A stretch of DNA of 64,000 nucleotides from contig CBDDCX010000008.1 of assembly GCA_965226375.1 (NCBI GenBank), positions 2,016,001 through 2,080,000 of the forward strand, read 5' to 3'. The translations under genes were made by a program, and so were the position numbers. The notes under the pieces are model-generated. The model saw only the letters and a list, made by a program, of their open reading frames with translations. It made no database searches and was not told the DNA's origin. Positions within the stretch are counted from its first letter, which is position 1; each line of letters begins with the position of its first letter. This document shows, piece after piece, positions 10,005-20,148 of this stretch. The DNA comes from Longimicrobiales bacterium (GTDB lineage Bacteria > Gemmatimonadota > Gemmatimonadetes > Longimicrobiales > Gaopeijiaceae).

Positions 10005-11589
10005 GTTGGCTGGCTACCAGCACGTTCCTCGCGCGGTGCCGCTCTCGACCCTCGGTCGTCCCTCTACCGCCGTCCCTCAAAACGCCGGCGAAGGCCTTCC
10101 CCAGATAGCGTATCATAGGGATCGAGCCGAAGACGAGGCCCGCAACTACGGAGATAAGGGCAGCGAACGCCAATACGGTGCCGTCGATGGAGACATCGTG
10201 GAGGCGGGGAAGGTCACCGGGCCCATACGCCACGAGTGCCTGTACCCCCACGCTGGCCAGGAGTACGCCCAGAGCGCCGCCGAGCACACCCAACAGCACA
10301 CTCTCTGACAAGAATCCGGCGGCGAGTCGCCCGCGACCGGCCCCCAGCGCAGCACGGATCGCGATCTCCTTCTGCCTGGCTTCAGCCCGCACCAGGAAGA
10401 GGTTGGCGACATTGGCGCAAGCGATGAGGAGGACGAAGCCCACCGTACCGAGAACGATCCAGAGAGTCGCTTGAACGTCCTCTACGAGAGCCGCTCTCAA
10501 TGGGGTCACCGACGCCGACCAACCGGCTTGCTCCAAGAAGGCGGGGCCAATCTCCGGATCGATATCCGCGACTCTGGCTTGTAGGTCGCTCACCTGTTGA
10601 CGGGCGGCCTCGAGCGTCACATCCGGGCCGAGCCTTGCGAAGCCAGCCAATCCGAACTCGCCGAACGGTCCCTCGGGATCGACGTACAGCGGCGCCAAAG
10701 CCACCGGGTCCGGATCCGGAAAGGCAAAGCCACTGGCCATCACCCCAATGATCTCCGTCGTCACTCCATCCAATTCCACCGTACGCCCGAGAATCGCAGG
10801 ATCAGAGCCAAACCGACCCTTCCAAGTCGCGTCCGTGAGGATCACCACTTGGGTGGCACCCTCCAGGGCGTCCTCCTCGACGAATGCTCGGCCCAAACGG
10901 GGCTGGACCTGGAGAACCGAAAACATGGACGGGGTCAGGGCGGTCAGTTCCACCCTGTCGAGCTGATCACCGACGCGCAGGTTACGCTCGAGCTCGTTCA
11001 CCGCACCAACGGCTGAGAAAACAGTACCGAACTCACGGTACAGTCTCAGCGTTCCGGGCGAATTCTCGAGCTCGGGGAGGTTGAGGCCGGGGGCGTGATG
11101 CGACATGGTCACAATCCGCTCGGACTCCGGATACGGGAGCGGCTGAATCAGCACCGAGTTGACCACGGTGAAGATCGCAACGCTCGCCCCGACGCCGAGA
11201 GCGAGCGTGATCGCCGCGATGGATGTAAACCCAGGTTTACGCATCAGACCGCGCGCGGCCATTCGCAAATCCCTCAGCATGTTCGCCATTCTCTCCCCGC
11301 CTCCCCTCCGCCTCTCGCGGATGTCTACGTTGTCGTATCGGTTCCGGCGGACGCGCCGCCCGTTCCAGTGTTCCTTGGGAATCCTGACTATCAGGTCCAG
11401 GAGCGATCGAGCGCCCGTGGACACCGCGCCCGAAAGGCCGTGGCGTTCATGAGCGGAGTTCAACAGAGCCCGCACGTCGTTCAAGGTCTCTGCCAGATAA
11501 TCCTCCCGGAACGTCGCTGGAAGAAGCCCGGCGAGGGCTCGGTAGATGCCCAGCACGCTCCGCACGATCCGCGGTGATGGTGTACTCAT
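10005..11589 (-). pseudogene. N-terminal half of the second duplicated permease, truncated by the IS481 insertion
   Basis: Motifs TLALGVGASVAIFTVV and VLLIACANVANLFLVRAE; the protein breaks at RARNVLVASQ, exactly where the IS sequence begins. Confidence 0.9.
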
Positions 11590-11599
11590 GACCGGCGGC

Positions 11600-11962
11600 T
11601 CAGGCTCGCCCCAGGGCGCGGCTCGAGCGGGCAGCATCGACCAGCGCCTGTAGACGATCGGCCTCGGCCCTCAAGAGCTCGCTCCCCCGCGCCGTCAGAC
11701 GGTAGTACTGCCGACGGGCGTCGTCGTCCGGATCGTCGGGGCCGTCTACCGCCTCGATCAGATCCTCTTCAGACAGTTCGCGGATCGAGCCGTACAGGGT
11801 GGCCGGCCACAGTTTTATCCGGCCTGCCGTCCGTTCCTCCACCATGCTGCGAACGGCATATCCATGCTGGGCGCCGTCAGCAAGTGCCAAGAGGATGTGG
11901 AACCAGGCCGGCTTCAAGGGCAGAAGTTCTGTGAATTTCTGAGCGCTGTCGGTGTTCGCCAT
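11600..11962 (-). CDS. PadR-family transcriptional regulator
   Basis: FHILLALADG..HGYAV..PATLYGSI..RRQYYRLT; lies directly upstream of the permease. Confidence 0.93.
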   Translation of the reverse strand: MANTDSAQKFTELLPLKPAWFHILLALADGAQHGYAVRSMVEERTAGRIKLWPATLYGSIRELSEEDLIEAVDGPDDPDDDARRQYYRLTARGSELLRAEADRLQALVDAARSSRALGRA

Positions 11963-12155
11963 CGTTTCTCCAACTCGGCTGGACGTACTCCGGTCACGCC
12001 GGCACCGCCGGCATGACGCAGTTCACTACGAATATATATCGATATGGTTTCATACTGAATATACGCACGAGTACGGCAAGCTTTTCCCAGCGACGTTCGT
12101 GGCCTATACCTCCAGACAGACATCACGCTTTCGCACTCTTCAGGGTAGGTTCGAT

Positions 12156-13193
12156 ATGAAACCCTTGGGTGGAAAAATCGCCGTCGTGGCCGGGGCGACT
12201 CGGGGCGCAGGCCGTGGCATCGCCAGCATGCTGGGTGAAGCCGGCGCCACGGTGTACTGCACGGGTAGGAGCGTGCGGGGCCAGCCAGCCAGCGGGAGTC
12301 GGCCCGAGACGATCGAAGAAACCGCCGAGTTGGTCACCGAGCTCGGTGGCACCGGCATCTGGGTCCAGGTCGACCACGAAGAAGAAGAGCAGGTCGAGGC
12401 ACTCTTCGAGAGAGTGAAGGGCGAACAGGGCCGACTGGACGTGTTGGTGAACGACATCTGGGGAGGCGATGCACTCACCGAGTGGGGCAAGCCATTCTGG
12501 GAACTCTCCACCGAAAAGGGCCTGGCCATGCTGCGGCAGGCCGTCCACACGCACATCATCACGAGCCGGCACGGCGTGCCGCTGATGATCGAGCAGGGCC
12601 ACGGTCTCGTCATCGAGATCACCGACGGTGACTTCCATGGATACCGAGGCCACCTGTTCTACGACCTCGTGAAGGTCGGAGTGATCCGGCTGGCCTACGG
12701 TATGTCTTGGGACCTGAAGGACCGAGGAGTTACGGCCCTTGCGGTGACTCCCGGATTCCTCCGCTCCGAGGCGGTGCTCGATCACTTCGGCGTCACGGAA
12801 GAGAATTGGCGGGACGCTGTAAAGAAGGATCCTCACTTCGCGCAGTCGGAGACGCCGACCTTCGTCGGGCGGGCGGTAGCTGCACTCGCCGCTGATCCCC
12901 ACGTACAAGACAAGGCGGGCCGCGTCTGGGCGTCCTGGACCCTGGCCAGGGAGTACGGTTTCCGTGACGCAGACGGACAGCAACCGGACTGGGGTAGCTA
13001 CATGGACCGCACGGTGGCCGACATTCTCGACCGGGGTGCGCCGTTGGACGGCAGCGACCGCTTTCTGTTGGAATATCGCCGCTTCCAGATCGACCGCGAT
13101 CCCTCCCGGGCGGACGAGGCGGAGCGGATCGATGATTTGATGGACAACACGGACACCGACAAATCGACCGCACCCGCATCGGAGCAGCGATGA
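12156..13193 (+). CDS. Short-chain dehydrogenase/reductase
   Basis: AGATRGAGRG nucleotide-binding motif, LVNDIWGG and the YDLVK catalytic motif. Confidence 0.92.
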   Translation: MKPLGGKIAVVAGATRGAGRGIASMLGEAGATVYCTGRSVRGQPASGSRPETIEETAELVTELGGTGIWVQVDHEEEEQVEALFERVKGEQGRLDVLVNDIWGGDALTEWGKPFWELSTEKGLAMLRQAVHTHIITSRHGVPLMIEQGHGLVIEITDGDFHGYRGHLFYDLVKVGVIRLAYGMSWDLKDRGVTALAVTPGFLRSEAVLDHFGVTEENWRDAVKKDPHFAQSETPTFVGRAVAALAADPHVQDKAGRVWASWTLAREYGFRDADGQQPDWGSYMDRTVADILDRGAPLDGSDRFLLEYRRFQIDRDPSRADEAERIDDLMDNTDTDKSTAPASEQR

Positions 13194-13519
13194 TCACCCG
13201 AATATGGCACGGCTGGACCAGCCATGAGAACGCGGACACCTACCAGAGACTCCTGGAAACGGAGATTCTTCCGGGCATCGCACGCAAGGAGATTCCGGGC
13301 TACCAAGGCGCGCACCTCGTGCGCCGCGCGCTCGGGGAAGAGATCGAGTTCATCACCATCATGTGGTTCGATTCCCTCGATTCGGTGCGGTCATTCATGG
13401 GGGACGACTACGAGGTGGCCTACGTTCCGGATGCGGCACGGGCGGTGCTCGCCCGGTTCGACTCACGGTCCCAGCACTACGACGTCATTCTGGAGCCGAG
13501 CCAGACCGCTTCACCGTAG
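13190..13519 (+). CDS. Antibiotic biosynthesis monooxygenase-like dimeric alpha-beta barrel protein
   Basis: MITRIWHGWT..EFITIMWFDSLDSVRSFMGDDYEVAYVP; ATGA overlap with the SDR gene. Confidence 0.8.
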   Translation: MITRIWHGWTSHENADTYQRLLETEILPGIARKEIPGYQGAHLVRRALGEEIEFITIMWFDSLDSVRSFMGDDYEVAYVPDAARAVLARFDSRSQHYDVILEPSQTASP

Positions 13520-13588
13520 CGGGCATGCACTTTCGGACAACTCGCCTGGCTTCCCGTGGTCGCTCGCCGGCCGCCTGCAGCTAGTTCT

Positions 13589-14392
13589 CTAGCCTCCGGT
13601 GGAGCCCTCACGACGCGTCAGGTCGAACTCGATCTGACTGAACTGGCCGGCGCCCAACGTCACACTCTGTTCCCGCATTCCCAAGAACGGGTGCCAGATC
13701 TTGACGGTGTACTCTCCCGGCGGAACGTCACCGATCTCGAACGTGCCGTCCTCCCCCGTGGCTACCGCATAGGGCGTGTCCGCCGCGAAGATCCATCCTT
13801 GCATGAAGTCGTGGGCATCACACTCGAGCCTGATCCGGTTGCCCCTCCTCGGTCGCAACGCCTGGGTGATGACCTCCTTCTCAGGAGGTTGGCCCAAGTT
13901 GAACAGAGTTCTTCCGCGATCTCCGATCAGCTCCCAGGCATGGATGTTGTGGAGCACGGGGTCGCTGTTCACGATGTCCATGTCGGCCCATCGGGGTGCG
14001 ACGAGCATGTTGGGCTGAAACGTGCAGTCCCTTTGGTCCACCGCCTGGCGCATATCGCGGTCGGGCCACGCCTTTCCGGCGGCAACTCCCTCGATGAAGA
14101 CCACGGCGCCCAGAAGCTCCCCTCCCTCCCCGACGGCCACGTCTTGGCGCTCGATGTATCCAAAGCCACACACCTCTTCGTCCTTGGTGACCAAGAGTCT
14201 GCGGACCGCCGGTACGTCGCCGTGGAATAGCGCACGGCCAGAGAGCGTCGCCCCGTCCGTCACCGCCACGACCTGGTAGTCGCTCTGCGCCGCGAGAACC
14301 CGGGGACCCTGAGCGAGCACGACCAAGAAAATGAACATCCCCCAGCCGACACTCGAACGGATCTGAGAGGAAGATTCGGATCGGTTAATCAT
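13589..14392 (-). CDS. Exported cupredoxin-like plus carboxypeptidase-regulatory-like domain protein
   Basis: Signal-like N-terminus, DQRDCTFQP, NSDPVLHNIH, ECDAHDFMQG (a type-1 Cu-like H..C-x2-H-x2-M ligand set) and DGTFEIGDVPPGEY. Confidence 0.75.
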   Translation of the reverse strand: MINRSESSSQIRSSVGWGMFIFLVVLAQGPRVLAAQSDYQVVAVTDGATLSGRALFHGDVPAVRRLLVTKDEEVCGFGYIERQDVAVGEGGELLGAVVFIEGVAAGKAWPDRDMRQAVDQRDCTFQPNMLVAPRWADMDIVNSDPVLHNIHAWELIGDRGRTLFNLGQPPEKEVITQALRPRRGNRIRLECDAHDFMQGWIFAADTPYAVATGEDGTFEIGDVPPGEYTVKIWHPFLGMREQSVTLGAGQFSQIEFDLTRREGSTGG

Positions 14393-14621
14393 CTATCCAT
14401 CGGCTCCGTGAGGATCTCGACGTTCTGTCACTTGTACGAGTAAGCTCCGGATCGGCCAGGTACCCGAGGGTTCAGCAAGACAGGCTCCCCCGGCTCCAAT
14501 CCGGTGTACACAAGGAATATCTCCGATCTTGGACGGAAAGTTCCAAGCGATTAACGTTCGACGCCGCGGAGCCTGAAGGCCCCACCCCCGTAACTGTGCC
14601 CCGTTCCACTGGAGAACTGAC

Positions 14622-16073
14622 GTGAACGTCACCACTGGTTTTCTGCTCTTCATATCCGCTTTGGGCGCCTCGCTCGTTGTGACCGCTGCGGCACCGGCGC
14701 CAGGCCCGGGCGAGGCGGCAACGACCTGGACGGGAGCGGCCGCTCAGTACGCCGAAGTACAAAGCATCCTCGACGCCAAGTGCGTGAGCTGCCACACCGG
14801 TCCTGACGCGGCACGCGGGCTCAGCCTGGATTCTTGGGAGGGCACGATCGCGGGATCAGACCACGGTGAGGCGGTCATCGCGTACGACGCCGCTCGTTCG
14901 CTGCTGATCGAGCTGACTACCAAGCTCGTGGGTGGACCCCACCCGGCCGAGCTCGACGCCGACGGGCTCACCGAAGACGAAGTAATCCTTGTGAGTGCCT
15001 GGATCGACGAGGGGGCGCAGTCGGGGTCCGGAGAGATTCCATTCGCCGACGCAAAACACCTCTTGTACGCTGCCAACCAGAGCGAGGCCGTCGTCTCGGT
15101 CATCGACATGGAGACCAACCAGGTCATCCGCACCGTGGATCTTCAGCGGCTCGGGCTTCCCGCGAACGCCTGGCCCCATCACATCGCGGTGGAGCCCGAC
15201 GGATCCTATTGGTACCTCTCGCTCATCGCCTCCAACCAGATCCTCAAGTTCGACCGCCAGAACGAGCTCGTCGAGCGTATCGACTTTATGCGCCCTGGCC
15301 TCCTGGCACTCGATCCGGCAGGTGAGAACCTCTACGCGGCCCGATCCATGGCCGCCGTGTCCCCACCCCAGGAGATCGGGGTGATCCGCCGCTCGGACAT
15401 GAGCTTCGAGGAGGTGGGCATCTTCCTTCCCAGACCTCACGCCCTAGCGGTCCAGCCGGGGACGGGCACGGTCTTCACAGCCAGCCTGTCGGTCAACCAG
15501 ATCGCATCCTTCTATCCGGAGGACGAGGCACTCGAGCTCGCCGACCTAGGGGGCGATCGCCCGCACACGTTCATCGGGTTCGCCACGTCGCCAGACGGGC
15601 GATGGATGGTGGGCACCACCGAACTGACGGCCTCGGTCTTCGTATTCGACCTGGAACGGACCGACATGATTCCGGTGGACACCATCGCCGTGAACGCAGC
15701 CCCATGGCATCCCGTGTTCACGCCGGACGGCCGGTGGGTCTACGTGGGCAACAACTGGGACAACACGGCCAACGTGATCGACATGGAGACCCGGACCCTG
15801 GCCAAGGTCATCGAGGGCAACGGGCTGGCGCAGCCTCATGGATCCGCGGTCTCGCCCGACGGTCGCTTCGCCTATATCGCGAGCCGCAACCTCGAAATGC
15901 CCGAGGGACACAGCAAGTACGGGCATATGTACACGCCCCGTTACGATACCGGCAACAACGCCCGGGCGGGCACCGTGGTGGTCATCGACACCGAAACCCA
16001 GGAGATCGTGAAGATCATCGAGATCGAAGGGTACGGTGCGGGGCTGGGGACGGCGGCGCTGACGCAGCACTGA
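14622..16073 (+). CDS. Exported c-type cytochrome domain fused to a YVTN/YncE-like beta-propeller
   Basis: Signal peptide; CVSCH heme motif with an SLL..WIDEGA cytochrome c pattern; repeated blades (VSVID, FTPDGRWVYV, SPDGRFAY). Confidence 0.82.
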   Translation: MNVTTGFLLFISALGASLVVTAAAPAPGPGEAATTWTGAAAQYAEVQSILDAKCVSCHTGPDAARGLSLDSWEGTIAGSDHGEAVIAYDAARSLLIELTTKLVGGPHPAELDADGLTEDEVILVSAWIDEGAQSGSGEIPFADAKHLLYAANQSEAVVSVIDMETNQVIRTVDLQRLGLPANAWPHHIAVEPDGSYWYLSLIASNQILKFDRQNELVERIDFMRPGLLALDPAGENLYAARSMAAVSPPQEIGVIRRSDMSFEEVGIFLPRPHALAVQPGTGTVFTASLSVNQIASFYPEDEALELADLGGDRPHTFIGFATSPDGRWMVGTTELTASVFVFDLERTDMIPVDTIAVNAAPWHPVFTPDGRWVYVGNNWDNTANVIDMETRTLAKVIEGNGLAQPHGSAVSPDGRFAYIASRNLEMPEGHSKYGHMYTPRYDTGNNARAGTVVVIDTETQEIVKIIEIEGYGAGLGTAALTQH

Positions 16074-16131
16074 CGGGTCTCGCGCTGTGAGGAGCTCCCG
16101 AGGGAGCTCCAGGCCTCCGTTGACGCCCCCT

Positions 16132-16671
16132 CTACTCTTCCCGGGCAAATTCGTAGTTCACCACGTGCCGACCGCAACCGCCCAAATGCCTGACGTAGGG
16201 GGTGGTGTTCTCTCCGGGAATCAAGAAGCGAACAGCCAGTTCCCTGCAGTTCACCAAGTCAATGGCGTAGACAATGCTGTACTCTTCGTCGACCCAGGCA
16301 CGCACACTGTGGACGACGCGAGCCGGTAGCTCGAAGAGTTCGACGATCAGGCTTTCGTACTGGCTGCCCTCCGGCGCCGTGATCCGACCGCTCACAAGCC
16401 CATCGGCCGGACCTCGTTGACCGACCCGCTCACCGATGGGGGGCTGCGGTCGACCGGGTCGACCCTGCCCATCGAAGGACGGAGGTACCGCCCCGCCAAC
16501 GGAGCCTCCGGCAGAAACGACTCTACCGCACCCGCCGAGCCACAATGCGAGGACGATCCAGATGCCTGTCGAGCCCGCACGGGCAAAGAAGGTCGTATTG
16601 GTCAAGGCGATTCGTACGTCCTCTATGTCACAGCGATGCGTACGTCTCCAACCATAATTACGACCGAGCAA
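16132..16671 (-). CDS. Hypothetical protein, possible lipoprotein (start uncertain)
   Basis: Fills the gap after the CocE/NonD gene; hydrophobic stretch ending in LGGC. Confidence 0.4.
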   Translation of the reverse strand: MLGRNYGWRRTHRCDIEDVRIALTNTTFFARAGSTGIWIVLALWLGGCGRVVSAGGSVGGAVPPSFDGQGRPGRPQPPIGERVGQRGPADGLVSGRITAPEGSQYESLIVELFELPARVVHSVRAWVDEEYSIVYAIDLVNCRELAVRFLIPGENTTPYVRHLGGCGRHVVNYEFAREE

Positions 16672-16689
16672 TAGCAGTGTTGCCGACTC

Positions 16690-18582
16690 CTACCGCATCA
16701 CTCCCAGCACCAGGTGGGACGGATAATCCCCGGACCGATGGATGGTCTGAGTCGCAATTTGGTAGTCCTCCGGCTGCGCGTGGTAGATGTCCACGAACGT
16801 CTGCGGATTCCGATCGTAGGCCGGGAACCACGAACTCTGGACGTGCACCATGATGCGGTGCCCTGCCAGGAACGTGTGGAACTTGTCCTTCAAGTCGATG
16901 TCGATGCGCGCGACCTCACCCGGCACCATGGGCTCTGGATTTTCCAAGCTGTTCCGGAACTTGCCTCGCATGATCTCGCCAGCCACGTGCATCTGGAAGC
17001 CCCCCATCGGCACGTTGCAGGACTCGCTCTGAGGGGCATCACCCGGGTAGACGTCGATGAGCTTGACGACCCAGTCCGAATCGGTGCCGGTGGTGGACAC
17101 GTAGATGTTGGCCAGTATCGGTCCTGCGATGGTCAGATCCTCGGTCAGCGGCTCTGAGACGTAGGTGAGTACGTCGGGCCGAGTCGAAGCGAAGCGTTGG
17201 TCCTCAACCTTCCAGAGATGACCCAGTGTAGTGCGAATCTCGGCGGAGAAGGGCACGGGATGATTCGGATCGCTGACGTAGCTGTCGGACACGTCAGCGC
17301 CATTCGCCGTCGGCTCATCGAAGGAGAGCGTGCCGTCCTCACGCAGATAGAGGTTGGTGGCCCTCACACCCGGAGGCGGCCAACGGTCATACGTCCTCCA
17401 CTCGTTGGTTCCAGTCTCGAACACCACTGCCTCCGGGGAGCCCCAATCCCCTTCCCCCTTAAGGTGGTGTCGGAAGAAGGGAGCCTGGACCCGGTTCTGG
17501 AAGTCGATCGACGTGGGGGTGTCGAACTCGACGCAGCCCAGGTAGTCACCCTCCATGCTCCGCCAGCCGCCATGCAGCCAGGGCCCCACGGCGAGCGTAT
17601 TCTGGCTGGCCGGACTCATCTCCTCGACGGTCCTGTAAATGGACATCGGGCCGTAGAAGTCCTCGGTGTCGAACCATCCCGCGACGTTCAGCACTGCGTG
17701 GTCGATGCCGTCCAGGTGTAGCAAGGCGTTCTGCTGTTGCCAGTACTCGTCGTACGTCCCGTGCTCCATGAAATCGTTCCAGGCGATCACGTCGCCCTGG
17801 AAGTACTTCTCGTCGATGTTGGCCGCAGAGCCCGCATTCAGGAAGAACTCGTATCCCCACGGTGTGCCGTAGTCGAAGCGGCCCGCCCGGGTCGAGGTGG
17901 GGCCGCTCCGTGCGCGAGCGTTGCCCGAGAGCCAACTGAACGCATACATGATCCGGAAGGCCCCGTTATGGTGCCAATCATCTCCGATGAACATGTCCGA
18001 CGGCGACGCCTGCGGGGACGACGCGACGAGTGCGGGGTGCCGGTCGATCATCCCCATGACGGTCTGCCACCCCGGGTAGGAGATGCCCCACTGCCCCACC
18101 TTTCCGTTGTCGTTGGGCAGGTGGTTCAGAGCCCATTCGATGACATCGTAGTTGTCCGTGCTTTCATCCGTCTCGGCGGATCCGGGGCGATCGCGGGAGA
18201 GCGGCTTGATCACCTCGAACTCACCTTCGGAGCGGAATTTCCCGCGGACATCCTGGAACACGAAGATGTATCCCTCACGGTCGAACTCGGCCGTGGGCCC
18301 CAGGGGAGTGCGAAAACGGTCCGCTTCGTACGGACGGATGGAGTAGGGCGTCCGAAAAAGCATCACCGGATACTCCTTCGTGTCGTCCTTGGGGACATAC
18401 ACGATGGTGTAGAGCTGCACGCCGTCCCTCATGGCCACCATGTGCTCGGTCTTGTCGTAGTTCTCGTGAAGGAAGTCCTCGTGGCTTTGCTGTGGAGCCA
18501 GCGATCCCGGGTCAGCGCTTCGGAGTCCGGAAGCGGGCAGCAGCAGCGCCGCTGCGGTCAGGAGCGCGTGGGTGGTCTTCAT
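16690..18582 (-). CDS. CocE/NonD-family serine hydrolase (alpha-amino acid ester hydrolase / glutaryl-7-ACA acylase-like), exported
   Basis: RTPY, FQDVRGKFRSEG, nucleophile motif WGISYPG, GPWLHG and SSWFP..DRNPQ; signal peptide from ATG 18582. Confidence 0.93.
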   Translation of the reverse strand: MKTTHALLTAAALLLPASGLRSADPGSLAPQQSHEDFLHENYDKTEHMVAMRDGVQLYTIVYVPKDDTKEYPVMLFRTPYSIRPYEADRFRTPLGPTAEFDREGYIFVFQDVRGKFRSEGEFEVIKPLSRDRPGSAETDESTDNYDVIEWALNHLPNDNGKVGQWGISYPGWQTVMGMIDRHPALVASSPQASPSDMFIGDDWHHNGAFRIMYAFSWLSGNARARSGPTSTRAGRFDYGTPWGYEFFLNAGSAANIDEKYFQGDVIAWNDFMEHGTYDEYWQQQNALLHLDGIDHAVLNVAGWFDTEDFYGPMSIYRTVEEMSPASQNTLAVGPWLHGGWRSMEGDYLGCVEFDTPTSIDFQNRVQAPFFRHHLKGEGDWGSPEAVVFETGTNEWRTYDRWPPPGVRATNLYLREDGTLSFDEPTANGADVSDSYVSDPNHPVPFSAEIRTTLGHLWKVEDQRFASTRPDVLTYVSEPLTEDLTIAGPILANIYVSTTGTDSDWVVKLIDVYPGDAPQSESCNVPMGGFQMHVAGEIMRGKFRNSLENPEPMVPGEVARIDIDLKDKFHTFLAGHRIMVHVQSSWFPAYDRNPQTFVDIYHAQPEDYQIATQTIHRSGDYPSHLVLGVMR

Positions 18583-18829
18583 GATGGGCCTGCCTCCGCC
18601 TGGCTTGGTGTAACTGTGAAAGCGGGCAGCCACGAAAAAGGGATCTCTCTTGGAACCTAGGCGACTGCCGCGCCGCCCAATCTGGTGATGGCAAGCCGAG
18701 CGCGCGACCTCGACGCTCATTCTGCCTGATCCAATCGTTCGATGCGAAGCTTGCCGAGATGCTCCTCAGAGACGCGTACGTATCTTCGTATCGTGAGTAT
18801 ACGTACGATGGTTAGGCCGGGTTGCAGGC

Positions 18830-19260
18830 AGAGGGGCGATCGTCGGAGCAGGCGGGCGAGGAGTCGGGAGTCTCTTAGGAAAGATATCGGATTCCGCCCT
18901 TTGCTGCGGCCCAAGCTCTCCTGTTCCGCTTCGACCAGTACTCATTCCTTCTCGCGGCGTACCTGCGGTCTATCTGATGCCCGGCTTCACGGTCGATGGG
19001 GAGCCGGAGACGCATCGACGGGCATGGCAGTACTACATCGAGAACGTGAACACCGTCAGCGGCACAACTTCATGCCGGCCGCGAGCTACGAGTCACCGGT
19101 GGCGATGGCTGCGATGTCCATCTATCTCGTGCGGAATCTGGCGAACTCGCCGTCCATTCCCGAGATGCTAGAGGAGGCTCCGTTCCGGGACGCGAGGGGG
19201 AGTCCCACCGTGCCTACGTTCTACGGGGATACTCGGTACCTGAGAAGGAGAGTCCCTTAG
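18830..19260 (+). pseudogene. Heavily decayed C-terminal remnant of a probable M28-family metallopeptidase
   Basis: Stitching frames gives AIV/EQAGEESGVS*ER..LLFRFDQYSFLLA/GVPAVYLMPGF..WQYYIENVN/HRQRHNF..RNLANSPSIP. This matches the M28 pattern RSD.YSF..GVPA..YH...D, with at least 3 frameshifts and a stop. Confidence 0.5.
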
Positions 19261-19280
19261 AACCTTACGACCTTTAGATG

Positions 19281-20148
19281 TCAATTCGGCGTGAGCATGG
19301 CTTTGACCCGACGACGGGCCGCTCCAGCCGTTCGACGGAGGAGCTTGGCCACCACATTCTCTGCCCGAAAGTCTATATCCAGGTGTATGGCACGTTCGGA
19401 AAGCGACCGGAGCGCCTCCCGTTCAAGCCAAGGCGTTGGATCGGTTCGTTGCAGCCGCTTCCACCACGACTCGATCTCCTCCTGTCGCATCTGGGTGGTC
19501 CAGTCCCGGCGTATCCAGTTGCCAAATTTTACCGTCGTCACACGTGGGATCGTGGCGAAGGTCAACTCCCGTTGATCGAAAAATTGGCGCCACATATACA
19601 GATCGGACCATTCTCCCGGAGGACGGGGCCGCCAGCCATGGGGAAGACAGCGGTAGGCCGCCATCGTGTGGCCCGCAACGGTCGGCCCGAAGGTGTTGAA
19701 CGCTTCACGCTTCATCAGATCCCGTTGAGCTGGCCGCCTCAGATCTGAAGGACGAGTAAACACGTTCCCGTCCGCGTCAATTTCCGTTTGTAGCGTGTGA
19801 ACGAAATCTGCCGTACGGAGCCCTTCCGCGAGAACCTCCAGGTGGTGGGGCAGCCATAGGTCATCGTCGCCACAATAGCATACCAGGGATTCCGGAGGCC
19901 TCCTGAAGCGCACTATGGCGATGGCGTTCCCCGTGCCCATCGCCCTTACCATTGTCGAAGTAGCGGATCCGTGGGTCCTTCTTGGCCAATGCAGCAACAG
20001 CATCCCGCGTGGCGGATGGAGCCCCATCACTGACGACGCATAGCTCGAACTCGTCTAGGGTCTGAGCCTGGATGCTTCGCAGTGCAAACGGGATCATCTC
20101 AGAATGGTTGTGCGTCGGAACCAGAATGGTGACCAGCGGAGCACTCAC
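19281..20148 (-). CDS. Glycosyltransferase family 2, split by a frameshift near 19887
   Basis: VTILVPTHNH..SIQAQT..VVSDG is in ORF 19861-20415, and LVCYCGDDDLWLP continues in ORF 19281-20030. The frame changes at the GGG at 19886-19888. Confidence 0.85.

Noticed and set aside
12031..12064. Operator for the second padR (ATATCGATAT palindrome in an AT-rich patch)
   Set aside because: It is only 10 bp with no clear -35/-10 assignment; plausible but unsupported.
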